This document shows positions 1 to 11,287 of a stretch of 64,000 bases of DNA, one piece after another. Source of the stretch: Cyanophora paradoxa CCMP329 (Eukaryota; Plantae; Glaucophyta). The first letter of the stretch is position 1. Each line of letters opens with the position of its first letter. Location: contig QPMI01000531.1 of assembly GCA_004431415.1 (NCBI GenBank), forward strand, positions 1 through 64,000, read 5' to 3'. Under the pieces are notes generated by a model. It was not told the DNA's origin and searched no databases. It saw only the letters and a program-made list of their open reading frames with translations. The position numbers were made by a program, and so were the translations under genes.

Positions 1-531
1 GCTGTGATGTTGAAGTGAGTGTTGGTGTGAACAGCGAACCGAATTCTCGCAGGAACTCTCTGGAGCCTGTGAGGCGGAGGTCGATTGAAGGAGATCTGGA
101 GCAGGTCCGGTCTCAGTTTGAAGGGGATCCGCTTGGTCAATCCTTTGAACAACAAACCGAACCTGGTCTTTCACGATGATTGATTTTACTAAATTCACAA
201 CTGCGGAACTTGTAGATTACCAGCAATCAGCAAAGCAAATACGTGAACCACCCTAAGCCCCTCCTCCCTAATTCCCCAATCCTCTTTAGGTAGTTTCCAG
301 GTAGTGAAAGTGTTATTTCCTCGCTGAATGCCTTTTTCATTGAGTAGAGTTTAAAGATATGCCTTTTGCGGTGCATTTAGCTGGTAGTACTGAAATAAAT
401 CTAGATCCTCTATAGGACCTTGTAGTAGCGCTCTAAAGCATCTTGATTGCCGGTCGATCCATCACAAAAAATGACTTAAGATAATCCGCTACTTAAATTA
501 GAGAAATAATTTTCTAAGCCTTAAGTAGAGA

Positions 532-920
532 ATGTCGATTCAGAGAAAGCCCCAGCGACCGCTGAAGTTAAGCCCAAGAAGCGCTACCAATTGACCCAGA
601 GCAGAAAGAAGCGAGAACCAGAAATACCGCGAGCGTACACAGTGATCCGAGTTCAGAGCCAAAGAGCTGGCGATCGCAGAGCAAGATACGAGAGATCAAA
701 GATAAATACCTCGAGAAAATGGCGGTCAGAAACAGCAAAAATACGAAATCGATGCGGAGTTCAGAGAGAAAAAGAAGGCCCAATCGCTGGCATACTACCA
801 CAGAAAGCATGCAGAGAAGTTGGCCGCTATTGCAGCGGAGTAGCTCCTGAGAAAGCAGAGCCAGCAATCCTTCGAAACCGGAAGACCCCGCAAGTACAAC
901 AAGGAATCGCAATGATCGTG
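532..920 (+). pseudogene. Small basic viral protein, frameshifted
   Basis: ATG at 532 follows the same upstream motif as other viral genes. K/R-rich reading (e.g. KAQSLAYYHRKHAEKL) is broken across frames. End approximate. Confidence 0.35.
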
Positions 921-1098
921 AGAGACAGACGATATGTATATTTTTATGTACAGGACGATTATCGGTTTTGTATCGTGGGAGAAAATTTGATTTGTCCGTG
1001 GGACCAAAAAATGACTTAAGGAAAAGCCACATAGGTTAATTAACGAAAGGGGAATTTACCCTATCTGGCAAAAATATTTTCTTGGCATAAAGTAAACA

Positions 1099-4000
1099 AT
1101 GCCTCGCGCAAGTTACAAGAGAAAAAACCTTGAAAGCGAAAGCGGTCGAATTGATTAACTCGGTATCCAGCGGAGCCTGCTCACAAGAAACCGCTGATGC
1201 ATTATTGCGCAAATTCTCAGGAACTTCCAAGGTTCCGAAACCATGCTCGAGCTGTACCTCAAGAACATTCAGTCAATTTTCGATACAGAGCGACCTGCAA
1301 AGGATATACCCTGCAATCGCTGCTGGGGTTCGCCAGCTGCATTTGATCGAGAGTCGGTCGCATTGGGCCATTGAGGCTGAACCTCCGAGACCCGAAGAAC
1401 AGGCAGCTGAATCAATTTTCCGGCAGATTGCCCAGTTTCCCGACGATGCTGTTGTCCGGTCACTTTCAAGCTCTGGCCGAAATTAATGCTGAACCACTGG
1501 TCGTGCGAGGGATCAGCCACTCCGCTTTGAAGTCGCATGTACGACCCTAAAAGGGCTTCGATCACAATTCCGGTAAGGATGCTGCGACAAATTGCCCGTG
1601 ATGTTTCGTTACAAGTTCGTGCTGAACCAGAGACACTATATGTCGCTGATTCCTGTATGTTGTTGAGACCGTATTTAGGGCTGATCGACTTGCAAGCGAA
1701 ATTCAGCATTGGTACGATTATTTTGCGAAATTCACGAAATCGTTCTGTGGAGGCTCAGGCTGAGGAGGAAGCCAGGAAGCCGTTCAAGAAGAATTTCTCG
1801 ATGAGGAACTCGAAGAATCGATGCGATGTACCGCAGCTGTGAGCCAGTACATTAATTACGATCTCAATCCCGAGGCGAAATCGATCGAGGAATTAATCAT
1901 CAGCCTGCTTCCGAAAATCGAATGCCTGTGTCTACGATATGCTGATCTCATTGTACTCTCGTTCAATGGAAGCTTGTCACAGAAACAGGAAGTACAAGGA
2001 CATTGAGATGACCTACGAGGTCTGTATCGATTTTTCCACGGAAAGGAATATACTGAGGAGCCTCTATGTCCTCACTCTGAGCAGCTCCGAAAATTCGCGG
2101 ATCGTTGCAGCTGGATTCCGTGTTTATTCGGAGGATAACAAGCTCAAGTACAGATACCCACAGGAGAGATGCCCGTTAATAAGGATCTGCATCCGCAATG
2201 CATGAATTTCATGTACACAATAACCACGTTTACTGCTACAACGATAACATCAAAGCCTCGAGAAGAATTTCAAGAAATGGACCTGGAAACCGAAAACCCA
2301 ACCGAAGCTTCGCTGAACTCATCCTATCAAATCACAGAGACCAAACAATACGATATGTTCGCCCACACACCTGCTGATCTGCTCAGATTGCGACCATGGA
2401 TTGAAAGCTGATAAGGAGAAAGCTACAGTCCGAATCGTTTACACTGGGTCCATGGATGAGCTTCTGTTCACTTTCTTGGATCGCCTTCAATACGAACCAA
2501 AGCTCGGAATGAAAGGGGACAGATCAAAACCCTGATCTTCAAAGCGAGTGAATATTCTTTTCCGTATTTAATCCCTCGGTTTCTGATCACATGGTACAGT
2601 GTGAGTTCGAGACTGAGGCTTACTACAAAAAGGTCCAATCCATTCGTCAAGAATTCAAGGAAGCCCTGATTAACACCGACACAATTTCACAGTACGAGGA
2701 GGGCTTCCGAACAGCCCTTATTAATTACAATCGCTCTGCTCTGAATGGCTATTTCATTAAGCCGAAGCCAGGAACTAAATACACTGCAGTGGATATGTGC
2801 AAATGCTACCCAGCTGTTATTAGCAAGATCGAGAAGCTTCCAGTATTCAATATTTTCGATGGTATCCGCCCTATGATGGTCACCCAATCGAGGAGGATAC
2901 CTTCTATGTGATTGATGTGCAGCAGTTCGATACTGGAACCTACATGCAAGGAGTGGATACATACGAAGAGGATATTGATGATGACCAGTAGGATACAAAT
3001 CCCGCATCTGCGATCCAGGAATTCAGATCCTGCTCGATCGTTATAAGGCTGCATCCTACTCGAACTTGATCACAGGGTACACTCTGAAGCGTCACTGGAG
3101 GACATCAAGGATCTCGTGACTATTACAGGCTACAACCGCCCATCATTTTTCGTAAGCAACCCTCAAAAGGCTGATCCAGAAATAATGTCAAGCGACCTGA
3201 ATCCTCGCGAGAAAAAGGCTACTCTCGTAGAAGTGATTGGTCTGCTAGGAAAGCGACTCGATAAGCGATCCAAGACCAGTTGTTCTGCAAAAAGTCCGAG
3301 GCTGATATCTATGCCCAGCAGGTGGGCGGAATGGTGGAAGTATTCACCTTTGGTGCGAAAACTGATACTCTGGTCAAGAACCTTTCGGATTTCGATGGCC
3401 ACATCTATTATGTGAGAACTGATTCTCAAAAGGATCTCATTAACGGGTTCCTTCCGATCCAGTTCGCAATGTACGATCGAGTTCGCAGCGAAATGTATGA
3501 CAAGTACAAGGAACTCAAAAGCAAAGTTACGAGGTCGTGGAATCCACACTGATTGCCTGTATATCAAAGGAAGGTATAGCTCAAAGCCCTTTGATCGTAA
3601 TAGCTTTGCCAACATTGTCGCTTCTCCTATATTCCGAACAAGAAGCCCCAATGAACCCCATTCGCATTCGGACCCTCCCGAAGCCTATTAAAATTGAGGA
3701 TCCCTTTCGAATATCAATTCCTTCTGCCTTCGAAACGAATTTGATTCGGACGCTTATACCAAGGTTTACAATGAGTTCAATCATGTCAATACCCTTGGAA
3801 TGCTTCCAGGAGCCGGAAAGTCGACCGGATTGATGGTCTACCTGCTAAAAAATGACATCAACGGACTCATAGTTTGCCCCTACAACAAACAAGCGGCCGA
3901 GTTCCGATGCTCTCTGAAAGAAATGGGCATCAGATTGGGAAGCCCGAAGCTGCAAGCCGCATTGAGGTGGCCACCCTGTACAGTGTTCTGGGTCTGCGAG

Positions 4001-5186
4001 TCTCAAATGAGCAAACCTGTGAAGAGGCCTATCGGCTTCACAGGTCAATGAGTTTATGGAAGGCTTTTCCCATGTAGTATTCGATGAGGTCTATGCCTAT
4101 AAAGTAAAGGACCTTGCAAAGATCAAAAAATTCATAAACAAGTATTCGGATAAGAAATTCTACTGCAATGGAGACCCCACCAAAACGCTCCCATAAATGA
4201 TGCTCTTGCTGTGGCTGACCCAAACAATATTACAGCGATGCTATCTCAAGCATCTTCCCCAACACACTGCAGCTGATGATCAACAAGAGCATCGCAAGCC
4301 TGAGGATCGAGAGAAGCTGAAAGCAATCAAGGTCGATCTCTTGAGAACGGACTTGCTCCTACAGAAATAGTAAATAAATACGGATTCAGAACTGCAACTG
4401 ATCTAAACGAAATTCCTGATTCCTACAGGGCTATATGCTATAGAAACGAGATGGCTTACCTGTACAACCGAACCATGCATAAACGTATATACCCCGAAAC
4501 CGAGGGATCCTTGTGAACGGAATCAATTTTTTCAAAGGAATCGAAATCGTTTGTCGTGAATATATCTGTGTGACCCGAGGTAAAAAAGATGAGAAAGTAG
4601 CGGCTTTCACTAATTACAGTTATACCATAGTCGATATCAATCGGAACCAGGTCACTTTGGAGGATGTGTTTGATGGGACCCAGTTCTCTCTCCCCACTGC
4701 TCTGTTGGAAAAGTTCAACCTACCCTATGCTGGAACATGCCACAGTGTTCAAGGACTCACCTACGATTCGGGCATTGTCGTTTGTGAGGCCTCGTTCTGC
4801 CATGTTACTCCTGAGTGGTTCTGGACTGCTCTGACTCGCAACCGAGATTTGAGCGAGATTCTCATTTACACCAAGCTCCACAAGTTCGAGGCTAAATCCG
4901 AGATCTTCGAGCATCTGAAGGCCAAGGTTCGGGCTTACAAGTGCCAGGATCAGAAAGCGGGTCGAGATTATAATGATGATGATTATATTACACCCGAGTG
5001 GATCATTGAGCAGCTCAAGGAGCAGAAGCGAATCTGCTCTCTGTGTACCGAACCCCTTTCCCTTCAGGCAAAGGATCTAAGGTACAGGCTTACTGTTGAT
5101 AGGATTAATAATAAGAGGCTCACATCAAGTCGAACTGCAAGCTGGCTCATCAAGGATGCAACAGCAGCAAAAATAGAATTGTATAG
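1099..5186 (+). CDS. Protein-primed family B DNA polymerase fused to SF1 (Pif1/RecD-like) helicase and C-terminal HNH-like nuclease; many 1-nt frameshifts
   Basis: Motif A YTAVDMCKCYP (~2780-2815), motif B KKATLVEVIGLLGK (~3210-3255), motif C GIHTDCLY (~3540-3565). Walker A PGAGKST (~3805), Walker B VFDEVY (~4080), NGDP, helicase motif V YAGTCHSVQGLTYD and motif VI WTALTRNRD. Then CSLC...LTVDRINN..H..SNC....CN. Confidence 0.85.
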
Positions 5187-5324
5187 TTATAGGATGGCAT
5201 CGAAAATAGTGAGGCGAGGGCTGGGATGAGACCGAAACGACCCTGCTCCCCATTCCGATCCCAGATACAGAGAGAGTAGAAGGCAGAATTAGTAAAAGAG
5301 AAGCAAAGGTAAATGTAGTAGGGG

Positions 5325-6496
5325 ATGTCCCTTTTAAAACCGTGAGTCCGGCTTCGAATAAAATAGTTAGGCGAATGTACGATCCTAAAACAGGTTACAA
5401 GCATCCCATACGATCTATCAGGAGCTGAAGAAAGAGGATCCGAGTGTTACTTATAACGAGGTCAAAGAGGTTGCAGAAAAGCAAGAGTTTATGCAGATTA
5501 ACAAGAAGCCACCCCAGCATCGCAGTCCACATTCATTCCAATCACAGCTCCACCCTGGACCTACCAGGCCGATCTGATATTCTATTTATCTTACGGAAAG
5601 TACAATGCGGGGTACATTGCGGTACTCACTCTTATTGAGATCACGAGCAGGAGGGCTTACGCTAAGAAATTAAAGAATAAAGAGGGAGTCAGTGTTGCGA
5701 CTGCATTTAGAGAGGTATTGGGTGAGCTTCCCGCTCCAATGAGGGTGTTAGAGACTGATTTGGGTTCCGAGTTTAAAGCGAAAGAGTTCCAGGCAGTGAT
5801 CCAGGAGTTTGGAATCGAGCATAGGTTTAAACAGGCTGGGATCACACGAGTTTAGGCATCATGAATCGATTCCATTTGACCCTCAAAACGATGATCAATA
5901 ACTACTGCATCGCTTTCAACACAGTCAAGTTTATGGATAAGCTAGAGGACTTTGTTCTGAATTATAATTCCAGTGTTAATAGGACTATAGGTATGCGACC
6001 AATAGATGTTAGGTTAGAGGATATGGCTCGCATTCGCAGTTTCATTTTATCGAAAAGAAAGCAATTGTTGATGATATATTCGAGAAATTCAAGCCCGGCC
6101 TGTTCGTTCGAGTCTTGCTGCCTAGATCTAAGTTTGACAAGGGGCCACTCAGAGATACAGTCGAGAGGTCTACAAGATCGCAGGAAGGGCCGGGAATGGA
6201 ATCCAGGTCGTAGATGCCAGGGTGTTCCTTTGAATCGAATCTTCAAGCCTCATGAGCTGCAGATCATATCGGAAGTTGAAGCAATCGTTGAGCCTTCCGC
6301 AAGTACAGTGGATACAGTGAGGCAGGAGGCCGCAGCAATTAGACAGATCCACAGAGAGGGCATAGATCCGGCGGAATCAGTGCCAAAAGGCAGCTTGATC
6401 GAGGATAGGGTCCAGAGAACGAAGAGGGTTTCAAGGGAGCTAGCGAATCTAAGAGTAGCCGGAACCGAGAAATTAGCCGGTGGGCAGAGGCTGTAG
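5325..6496 (+). CDS. Retroviral-like (rve) Polinton-type integrase, frameshifted
   Basis: N-terminal YDPKTGY; YQADLIF (first Asp); LTLIEITSRRAYAKKLKNK; LETDLGSEF (second Asp); LGIMNRFHLTLK; YNSSVNRTIGMRPIDV. Confidence 0.88.
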
Positions 6497-6578
6497 CATC
6501 CTATGATAAGGCTCCAGCTATAAGGGCTAGTACTAGGATCCGAACCAGGTAAAATTTTATATATTCGTATAGTAGGAA

Positions 6579-6923
6579 ATGGAGAAAATCTATATTGAGG
6601 TCCCTTTTGAACAAAAGATGAAGCTAAAGCCCTTGGGGCTAAATGGGATATGAAGCATAAATGCTGGTATGTAACTGAGCCGGAACATAAGCTTCTATCT
6701 ACCTATAGTACCGTGGCCGTTTCGGAATTAATGCGCAAAAATAAAAAATTTATTTGAAAATCCGTTCGAGGATCGCGAGGAGGCTAAGAAGGTGGAGCCA
6801 AGTGGGATCCTGATCATAAGCTATGGTTCGTATCGGTATTGATAACCCATTAACACTGACCTACGATAAAGTACAAGTGGGGGCGTGGCTCGTCAAGTCG
6901 GAACGAAGCAAGTCGCAATTTAG
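6579..6923 (+). CDS. Tandem DUF5710-like domain protein, frameshifted
   Basis: Two copies of the motif: IYIEVPFEQKDEAKALGAKWDMKHKCWYV and YLKxPFEDREEAKKxGAKWDPDHKLWFV (homopolymer indels corrected by eye). End approximate. Confidence 0.7.
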
Positions 6924-7489
6924 TAGTAGCTCACGTTACTAGCTGCCAAAACGCAAAGACTGCGAATCGAACTACGTGCAGTATACCGCTGTAATCCTGA
7001 TGCAATGCGGAGTACGGAGCAGTTTACAGCTTCTTTAGTTCGTTTGTCTATCATTAGATATCGCCCCGATTAGGGAGGGGGTGCTTCGGACTTGTGACAA
7101 GGCTAGCTAGTGAGCTAGCGCAAGCGCCCAGCGCTAGCGCTTTCGAATCAGGTCGACATGTAATATATCAATGTGATCGGCGCATCTTGCAGAACACGAA
7201 TGTATACCTCGCTCAACTTGAGGCGCCGATTGTAATTTCGGGGACAATCAAATCATTTTTTGGTCAGGAGGTCCAGTCCAAAAAACTCAGCCTCGACTTG
7301 CTGTCCCAAAAACTATCGTCAAGCCGGACGTGAAGCGGCTCTGAAGCGCCGTCTTTAAAACTTGGTACCCGCATAGTTACCGGTGGACACCCCGTCAACG
7401 TTGATATTAAAAATGTGAGTTGGCTAGAATTCTTAAAACTGAGTTTTGATCTCAGAATGCAGGCAGAATTTCTTATTATTTGTCTTTTT

Positions 7490-8215
7490 TATGAAATAGG
7501 TGATTATAATGGGGTTCATAAATGAATTTTCGCCTACAAAATGGCTTAATTTAAATAACATTTGAATTTAAAAACTTTGGAAGCTTCTCAGAAGCCCGAC
7601 AAAATTACGAAAACCTTCAAAAACCGGCTGCGCTTCCTGTGAACTGGTGGGTCGACGTCATCTGTCAGCTCAGGCCGCCAAGTGGCTTTCGAATTCGATC
7701 TTAATTATAATTAACACGACTGATAAACTGATAGGATATTAGGTATAATTATCCAAACTTAATATTATTATGTCCCTAATTTATGCAAACATGGGGTACA
7801 TAAATGTGCTTTTGGCTGCAACACTGGTTTTTTTAGAATTACAAATAAATTTAAAAGCTTTGGAAGCTTCTCAGAAGCCCAACAGAATTATTAGAATTAT
7901 AAAACCGGCTGCGCTTCCTATGAACTGGGGGGGTGGACTTCAACTGCCAGCTCAGGCCGGCCAGTGGCTTTCGAACTTCGGAATTCGATCTTAATTATAA
8001 TTACCACGACTGATGAAGTGAGAGGATATAAAGTATAATTATACAAACTTTCTATTATTATGTCGATCACGTTGCCTTTTATGTAAAGATGGGGTACTTT
8101 AATGCAATTTTGCCCTACATCGGCCGCAAGATATCAACTTCTTTTAATAAAATATAGTTTTCAGACATTCGAAGCTTCTTAGAAGCCCAGCAAAATTCTG
8201 GAACTTCAAAAAAAC
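7490..8215. repeat. ~285-300-bp diverged tandem repeat, about 2.5 copies
   Basis: ATGGGGT recurs at 7509, 7792 and 8089. GAAGCTTCT(C/T)AGAAGCCC recurs at ~7580, 7863 and 8171. ACCGGCTGCGCTTCCT...GAATTCGATCTTAATTATAATTA occurs in the first two units. Confidence 0.85.
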
Positions 8216-8353
8216 CAACTGGCAAGGTTGGCGAAAAGCAACCCCTACTAGGCTAGCATGCGCAGGCAGCGCAGTACGTACAGTCGGTCACTACTACAGT
8301 GTCGACATCAGTCACTCTGAGTCCTGAGTCCTGACTCCTGAGGTCCGACGGTC

Positions 8354-9808
8354 ATGCTTTCAGAGGCAAGTACTAGTGCATCTGCTACCAGCCGCAAACC
8401 GGGACGCCCGCGCAAGTACGCTTCGGAAGACGAGAGGCTGCAAGCGAAGAGAATGCAGAAGGCTGCAAGGCGCGGGAACGGTATCCTGAACGGGGCGGAG
8501 CTATCAGTATTCGCCTTCGGTTCGTCCGCATGCGCAGGCGAGCGCTCGCTTGCCAGCTCCCGTTCTGACTCCTGCCGCTAGATCATCACGACGGCGATGG
8601 GGGCTTGAATGCTGACCTTGGTCAGCTAGCGATCGACGATGCAGCGGATCCGGAGCTTGAGCAAGTTGCAGCTGGCGACGGTACGTACGCGGCTCGTACT
8701 ACTACCGTAGTACGGTACGCTTGCCAAATGCAGTGCTGACTCCGCCGCGGCGCGCATGCAGCTGGGAGCAGTTCTGCGCCAGTTGTCAACGTTGGTGGCT
8801 CGCAGGCAGGCGGTTCAAGCTCCTCGCAATCGCAACAGGGCAATGGTGCGAGAGCGTGATTGTACATGTGCAGCATGCATGTGCTAATTTGCATGTGCAT
8901 ACGCAGTTCATGTACAACGAGGCGCCGCGCCTTTCTGGATCCAGAAGATCTCGATAAAGATGACGACGATGAACCTTTCAATGCCGCGCCCGCGGTTGTG
9001 AATGCCGCTAACTTGCCAAACGACGTCGAGTACGTATACTAGCCTCTCGGTTCCGATTGCTGTATATTTATGCTCACTGATCCATGGCACCGGGCATGCG
9101 CAGAGTCCTCAAGCAACGGGTCATGCAGGCTGAGGCAGCAGCGCGAAGAGCGCATGAAGGCAAGCGGAAAGCCGAGGCGGATGCAGCTGCATACCTAGAG
9201 ACTTTCAGGGCATCCGAGCTTCTACCTATCATTGAAAAACAGGCGCGTACGCTTTTCTCCTGCACTGTTTATGCATTGCTTATTAATAATGCTGCAAACG
9301 GCAGTGTCATGATGCCAACTGCGCACTCGCTGGCAGCATTGATATGGGTGGCCGATCGACTTCACTTATCCCATTCATCAAGAATGCGGTTCTGCTGCAT
9401 GATCGGGTCTGTTCGTATATATATATACATATACATGTTGCTTCGCTCTCTCAATCTTGCTACTGCATGCGCAGAAGAACAAGGCTCTCGTCGACCACGG
9501 CGAAAAACCAAAGCCCCTACCCTCGCTCTACGCAAGTTTGTGAAGTGGATCAGCAACGACGGACATATCGAGGTTCGCAGATTGATAATTAATTCTCATG
9601 CAACTGCATCATGATCTCGCTCCATTATTAGTGGTGGTACTGGATCAGCGGCTCGCCTTCGGAGCCAATCGCATTCACTGACGTAGATGTCACTCCGGTG
9701 GGAAGCGAAGCTGGTGATCTCCCTCCACAAATGCCAGCTCCTCGTCGCTCAGTCCGTTCTAAGAAGGCTGCTGCGACCTCGTCGTACAGGATTCTTAATG
9801 TTGTTTAG
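8354..9808 (+). CDS. Multi-exon AT-hook protein of unknown function within the viral block
   Basis: KPGRPRKY AT-hook in exon 1. About seven GT/GC...(GC)AG introns of ~60-90 nt, several with CTGAC/CTAAT-like branch points, separate coding-like exons (DPEDLDKDDDDEPF; VLKQRVMQAEAAARRAHEGKRKAEADAAAY). Exon model approximate. Confidence 0.55.
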
Positions 9809-10181
9809 ATGAAACTGAATGCTTTAGATATAGATATCGCATTTATATACATATATATAGCCTGCATTACATAGCCGGCGCTTAGTTGCTAGCTAATCGT
9901 TTTCGCTTAGATCTACTGTACTGCATATAGCTATTCGCCTACTATACTAAATACGCTTTCTGTTGCGTAATTATATAACAGAGTATTCTTTTATTCGAGT
10001 CATATGTGATTCGATGATACCGTAATACAATCTCTCCTTTTTACATTATTTTTACAGTAAAACCACAGGGAGGGGGTCATGGGTAAAGAGAGAAAATGTG
10101 ATTTATCAATAAAGTCGATAGATATATATGAGAGGCATAGGTAGGGGGTCATGGTTTTTGATCGAGGGTTGATGAAAAGTG

Positions 10182-10233
10182 AGCAATTTACGATTCCTAT
10201 CGGGCATTGGTAAGGAATCGATCGTAAATTGCT
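10182..10233. other. Imperfect inverted repeat near the junction with truncated MCP copy 1
   Basis: AGCAATTTACGAT(TCCT)...(AGGAATCG)ATCGTAAATTGCT. Confidence 0.7.
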
Positions 10234-10300
10234 TTGATTATCGATGAGGTCTATTAATGCGATGCGGGGTTTTAACTGCGAGGTTCACTGCAAACCGACC

Positions 10301-11243
10301 TAGCAGCTCGAAACAAACCCTGATATTGGCTTATTGCTGATGTCTAGAGTACGATTATTGTGCATGATCTCAAACGAATCGATTTTCAGCGCATTCCCGT
10401 TGCCAGCAAATGAATTGTGGTTGCGAGTGCCCAGGTGATTTGCATTTCGCACGGTCATCAGGATCGCGTGCACAAGGCCGCTGACGTTGGCAAGGGAGAT
10501 TTCGACTGCATTCCCCGCGTCGTCAGTCTTTAACTGCCTTGAGCGCTTTGAAATAATCTCAGTGAAAGGAATTCGAATACCACCGCTCTCGTTTGCAGAT
10601 TTAAGCATAGACTCAGCCTCTTCGCTAGGGATATTCACGAACTGGCAAACCAGGGCACAATCCGTTAGAGTTGCAACAGCACTAGCGACAGTTCCAACCA
10701 CGCCAGCCGAACGGAAGTCAATTTCGACGGTGGGCATGTCAGCCAGTGCGAGCAGCGGGAAGTACGAATTGTCCCAGAGCTGGGAGGGATCTTTAGTACG
10801 TACTCGCGACTCGCATCGAGAATCTCAAGAGCCGCGTCCTTTCCAAAGCCGTAGCTGCTAGCAAAAGCCTGGGCGGATGCAACGCTATTATCGATGAGCG
10901 CGTTCACAGTAAGCCAGTCTCCGGGGATCACCATCTTGAAGGATCCATGAACAAAGCGCACGTTTTCAATAAATGCACCTGCGCCATTCGGCAGCACCGA
11001 GGCGGCCGCTCCGCCAGCGACGCTGACCTTAAAGTATAGCGAGACACCGTTTAAAAGCTGCTTGCGCGGAAGGTCGAAAGCGGCAGTCTGCGCGAAGCCG
11101 TACGAGTTGCCTCGCGGACGGATCGTTTCAAGGAAAGGCTTGAACTTGGGGCTGACACCGACAGTGAGACCTGGGGATAGATAAAGCTCGCTTGAACCTT
11201 TGGTAGTGAGGAGCTCCTTTAGAGTTGTTCCTGCTTGCGCCAT
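10301..11243 (-). pseudogene. Major capsid protein copy 1 (3'-truncated after GFVSSC; frameshift ~10785)
   Basis: Near-identical to 20635-21863 but homology stops at 10301. N-terminal GFAQTAAFDLPRKQLLNGVSLYFKV resembles a DJR MCP first strand, and the intact copy sits between penton and ATPase. Confidence 0.75.
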
Positions 11244-11259
11244 TTGCTATTATAGACCA

Positions 11260-11269
11260 GAAAATTTTC
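11260..11269. promoter_or_regulatory. Palindrome GAAAATTTTC in the 44-bp divergent MCP/penton intergenic (also at 21880-21889)
   Basis: Lies 16 and 18 nt from the two ATGs and supplies the TTTTC motif seen upstream of other viral ATGs on both strands. Confidence 0.55.
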
Positions 11270-11287
11270 ATGCATATTGTTGTAAAG

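Noticed and set aside
11225-11287. Upstream extension of the penton ORF (MFLLAP...)
   Set aside because: Non-ATG start overlapping the MCP start; the conserved protein and promoter motif indicate ATG 11288.
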